Under the pieces are notes generated by a model that was not told the DNA's origin, did no database searches, and saw only the letters and a program-made list of their open reading frames with translations. The translations under genes were made by a program, and so were the position numbers. Shown here one piece after another: positions 61,255 to 64,000 of a DNA stretch of 64,000 nt. Numbering within the stretch: position 1 is the first letter of the stretch; each line of letters opens with the position of its first letter. The stretch covers positions 1-64,000 of the forward strand of contig JAVECO010000105.1 of assembly GCA_051942205.1 (NCBI GenBank), given 5' to 3'. The stretch comes from Coniocarpon cinnabarinum (Eukaryota).

Positions 61255-61710
61255 AGACACACACACGACCTCACTTGCCCACGTTACCCAAGCAACGTGA
61301 GGGATGTTCGATCTGTAGAAGTCATCGAAGTCGAACCTGAGAAAGCTATCTTTTCTTAGGCCTGTATCGGACTGTCCGGCGCGCTATTTGTGATCGTCAC
61401 GGTCTCGAAAGATATTGCAAAGGCCAACGTTGTCTCTGAGCTCTGCGAACCCCAAAGCGCGCTCATTTGAAAGTCTCGACGAGTCGGTATGAAGTAGTAT
61501 CATGCTAGAACCTTGGACGACTCGACTGGTCTTGCACGGCGCAAGTGGTCAACAGAACGATAAGCAGCCCTGATATTGCTTAACAATGTATTTCGAGTGC
61601 TGTCAATATTTTGACTATGGAGTCCCGCTCCGCTTCTGATGAGGTTCGGGTTGATAGACCGGCGATTATCAAGTTGACGGCGGGAATAGTTCCAGGAAGT
61701 CATCGCGATT

Positions 61711-61809
61711 CGCGAGCGAAGTAAGGGGAGGCTTTTGCAATCACGTGATTTGCAATATCCTGGATTCTTCACGCGTAGGTAGCACACTAGTGACGCGCCC
61801 CCGCGTAAA
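61711..61809 (+). promoter_or_regulatory. scc3 promoter with MCB (ACGCGT) and ATCACGTGAT
   Basis: ACGCGT at 61771, further CGCG cores at 61711, 61794 and 61802, and ATCACGTGAT at 61740. Confidence 0.45.
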
Positions 61810-61890
61810 CACTTTTACCCTTCGTAGCGCATTGGATGTTCCTGACATCGCACGCCTGCAACAATATCATTACCTCTGGTGCCCGCACAC

Positions 61891-64000
61891 ATGCCCGCGC
61901 GGCTCTCCAGCATGGAGATGTCGTCTCCCTCGAACCCTGAGGTCGACTCATCCGCTAGACCCTCGCGCCGAAAATCAGGTCGTGTCACAAAGCAGACCAA
62001 ATTCCTCAGTCCAGGCTCAAGCACGAAGAGGAAGCGCACTGATGATGAAGAGGAAGATGGCGACTCGCGAGCCCACGACTCCACGGATCCCGAGCCGGAA
62101 GACGATGCAAACGAGGACGAGCCTGACGAGGAGGAGTTACGAGAGCGCCGCCGCAAGCAGAAGTCGAAAACTGCGGCAAAGGGCAAACCGGCCGCCAAAA
62201 AGCAGAAACCGAACGGAATCAGCGCTGCAACTCACACAACGCTTGTCAGGCGGCCAGCGAAGAAGACGGCCAAAGCAAAGCCGAGCGGAGTGCCCTCCGC
62301 CGCAGATGCAGGCGGACTCTATGGTAGGTGATGACTTGTCGCTGCTGCGCCAATGTCGCTAATGCCATCTAGGCAAAGTTTTTGGAGGCAATGAGAGGCT
62401 CGACAGCGTGGCCGCAGACTGGTTGCGACGTTTTGCAGCGCATGAAGCCAATGCCTTGGCGGAGCTTGTCAATTTAGTGTTAAGATGCGCAGGCTGTGAG
62501 ATCGAGGTGGATGGACACGACATCGAGGATCCCGACAACGCCACAAACAAGTTGTCTGATATCCAGGATGAATTTCAGGCACAGAATCTCTCTGAGTACC
62601 CATTGATCTCACGGAGTAAAGGCACTGCAACTTTCAAGAAGACCTTGACTAACTTTGTTAATACATTCATACACACTGTCGCGGCAAAAGGTCTACTGAC
62701 AGGTCAACTGGAACTGATTGAAAATATTCAAATATGGATTGGCTCAATGTCTTCTGCTCCAAATCGACCTCTGCGGCATACGGCAACACTTGCCTCTTTA
62801 GAAATCACTTCTGCTCTTACTGAACTGGCTCGAAGTGCTAAAGACAATCAGGCGAAAATCGGACGACAGATTCAAGGTGAAAAGAAAAACAAGAAAGTCA
62901 ACCAAGCACGTGTCAAGAGCCTTGCAGAATCGGAACGGGAAGCAGGCGAGCGCGAACAACAATTGAAGGACATCATCAAAGATTGGTTCGACGTGGTGTT
63001 TGTGCATCGATATCGTGACGTGGACGCCCGGATACGAGTTGACTGTGTGGCTTATTTGAGTGAATGGGCGTGCACTTATTCAGACGAATTCCTCGATGGG
63101 CAGCACTTGCGTTATCTAGGTTGGGTTTTGTCTGACGAGTCTGCCCAGGTGAGGTCGCAGGTGACACGCGACATGCAGAAGTTATACGCCGATGACAAAA
63201 ACATTGGTCTATTGCGTCAGTTCACTGACAGATTTAGACCGCGCATGGTGGAGATGGCTACACGAGACGGCGATCTGGGCGTGAGGTGCTTCAGTATCGA
63301 GCTTCTGAACATCCTTCGACAACAAGGTTTGCTGGAGACAGATGACATCGATACGATCGGCAAGCTTATGTTTGACAATGAAACGCGCGTGCGCAACACC
63401 GTTGCCTCTTTCTTCGCAGCGATCGTCGAAGATCTCTATCAAGCTAAGAGGGACGAGTTTGAGGGCGTAGAAGAAGAGGCATTGCAAGATTTTGAGCAGA
63501 ACGAAGACGAAGACGATCCCGAAGCACACAGACTTGACTGGCTCAGGCTCAAGAGTATTGCGCAATTGCTACGATCTTACGACACTGAAGATGACAACAG
63601 TGTTCGACCTATCGACGTGGAAGCTCAGATTTTTAATGATACGGACGACCCCATACATTCACATGTCTCACTTGCGACAGAGGCTTTCTTCGACCATGTG
63701 CCGGTGCTCAAGCATTGGGAAAGCTTGGCCGGGCTCCTCCTCAAGGACATAACACGACATGCGAATATTGCAGACCCTAGCGATGTCCCAGCTTACATCG
63801 AGAATGCGGCCGAGCTCGAAGCCGCAGAGCAGGCTATACTACTCGACGTGCTCAATGTATCGGTGAAACACACGCTGAGAAATTTCGCCACTGATGCCGG
63901 CGGTACTGCAAAGAAAAAGAAAACGAAACGTGAGCTCGAGGCACATGCCCAGGAGCAAGAATCGGCTGCACAGCGACTAGCAGCTCTAATTCCCCGTCTG
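61891..64000 (+). CDS. scc3: Cohesin subunit Scc3/Psc3/STAG, truncated by the window edge
   Basis: After intron 62324-62372: ALAELVNLVLRCAGC, EYPLI, RPLRHTATLASL, VFVHRYRDVDARIR, FLDGQHLRYLGWVLSD and FTDRFRPRMVEMA. Confidence 0.95.

Noticed and set aside
1..64000. tRNA, rRNA, CRISPR arrays, intact transposons and prokaryotic systems
   Set aside because: None seen by eye, and the DNA is eukaryotic. Small ncRNAs could have been missed without covariance-model searches.

Overview
Gene-dense, intron-containing nuclear DNA from a filamentous ascomycete (Pezizomycotina; a Dothideomycete is plausible but cannot be shown from the sequence). Introns are short GT-AG with CTRAY branch points, so most entries in the ORF track are exon fragments or antisense shadows. 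Recognisable core genes: fzo1, vps2/did4, ptc1, bystin/enp1, bre2/ash2, tdp1, ams2-like GATA factor, smd2, a RhoGAP, snf4, ria1/efl1, phs1 and the 5' part of scc3/STAG. Metabolic or accessory genes include a flavin monooxygenase, an FAD oxidoreductase and an aromatic amino-acid decarboxylase. An accessory island at about 28-40 kb holds a frameshifted O-methyltransferase, a signal-peptide alpha/beta hydrolase, two HeLo-like (fungal NLR effector-type) genes that share an intron position, a decayed ORF between them, and an ABHD12/Bem46-like lipase. The HeLo-like pair has no NACHT/NB-ARC partner or amyloid motif in the window and is the best candidate for an undescribed system. Several other intergenic gaps contain decayed reading frames. 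I saw no tRNA, rRNA, CRISPR array or intact transposon. Family assignments come from motif recognition, not database searches, and exon boundaries were read by eye.
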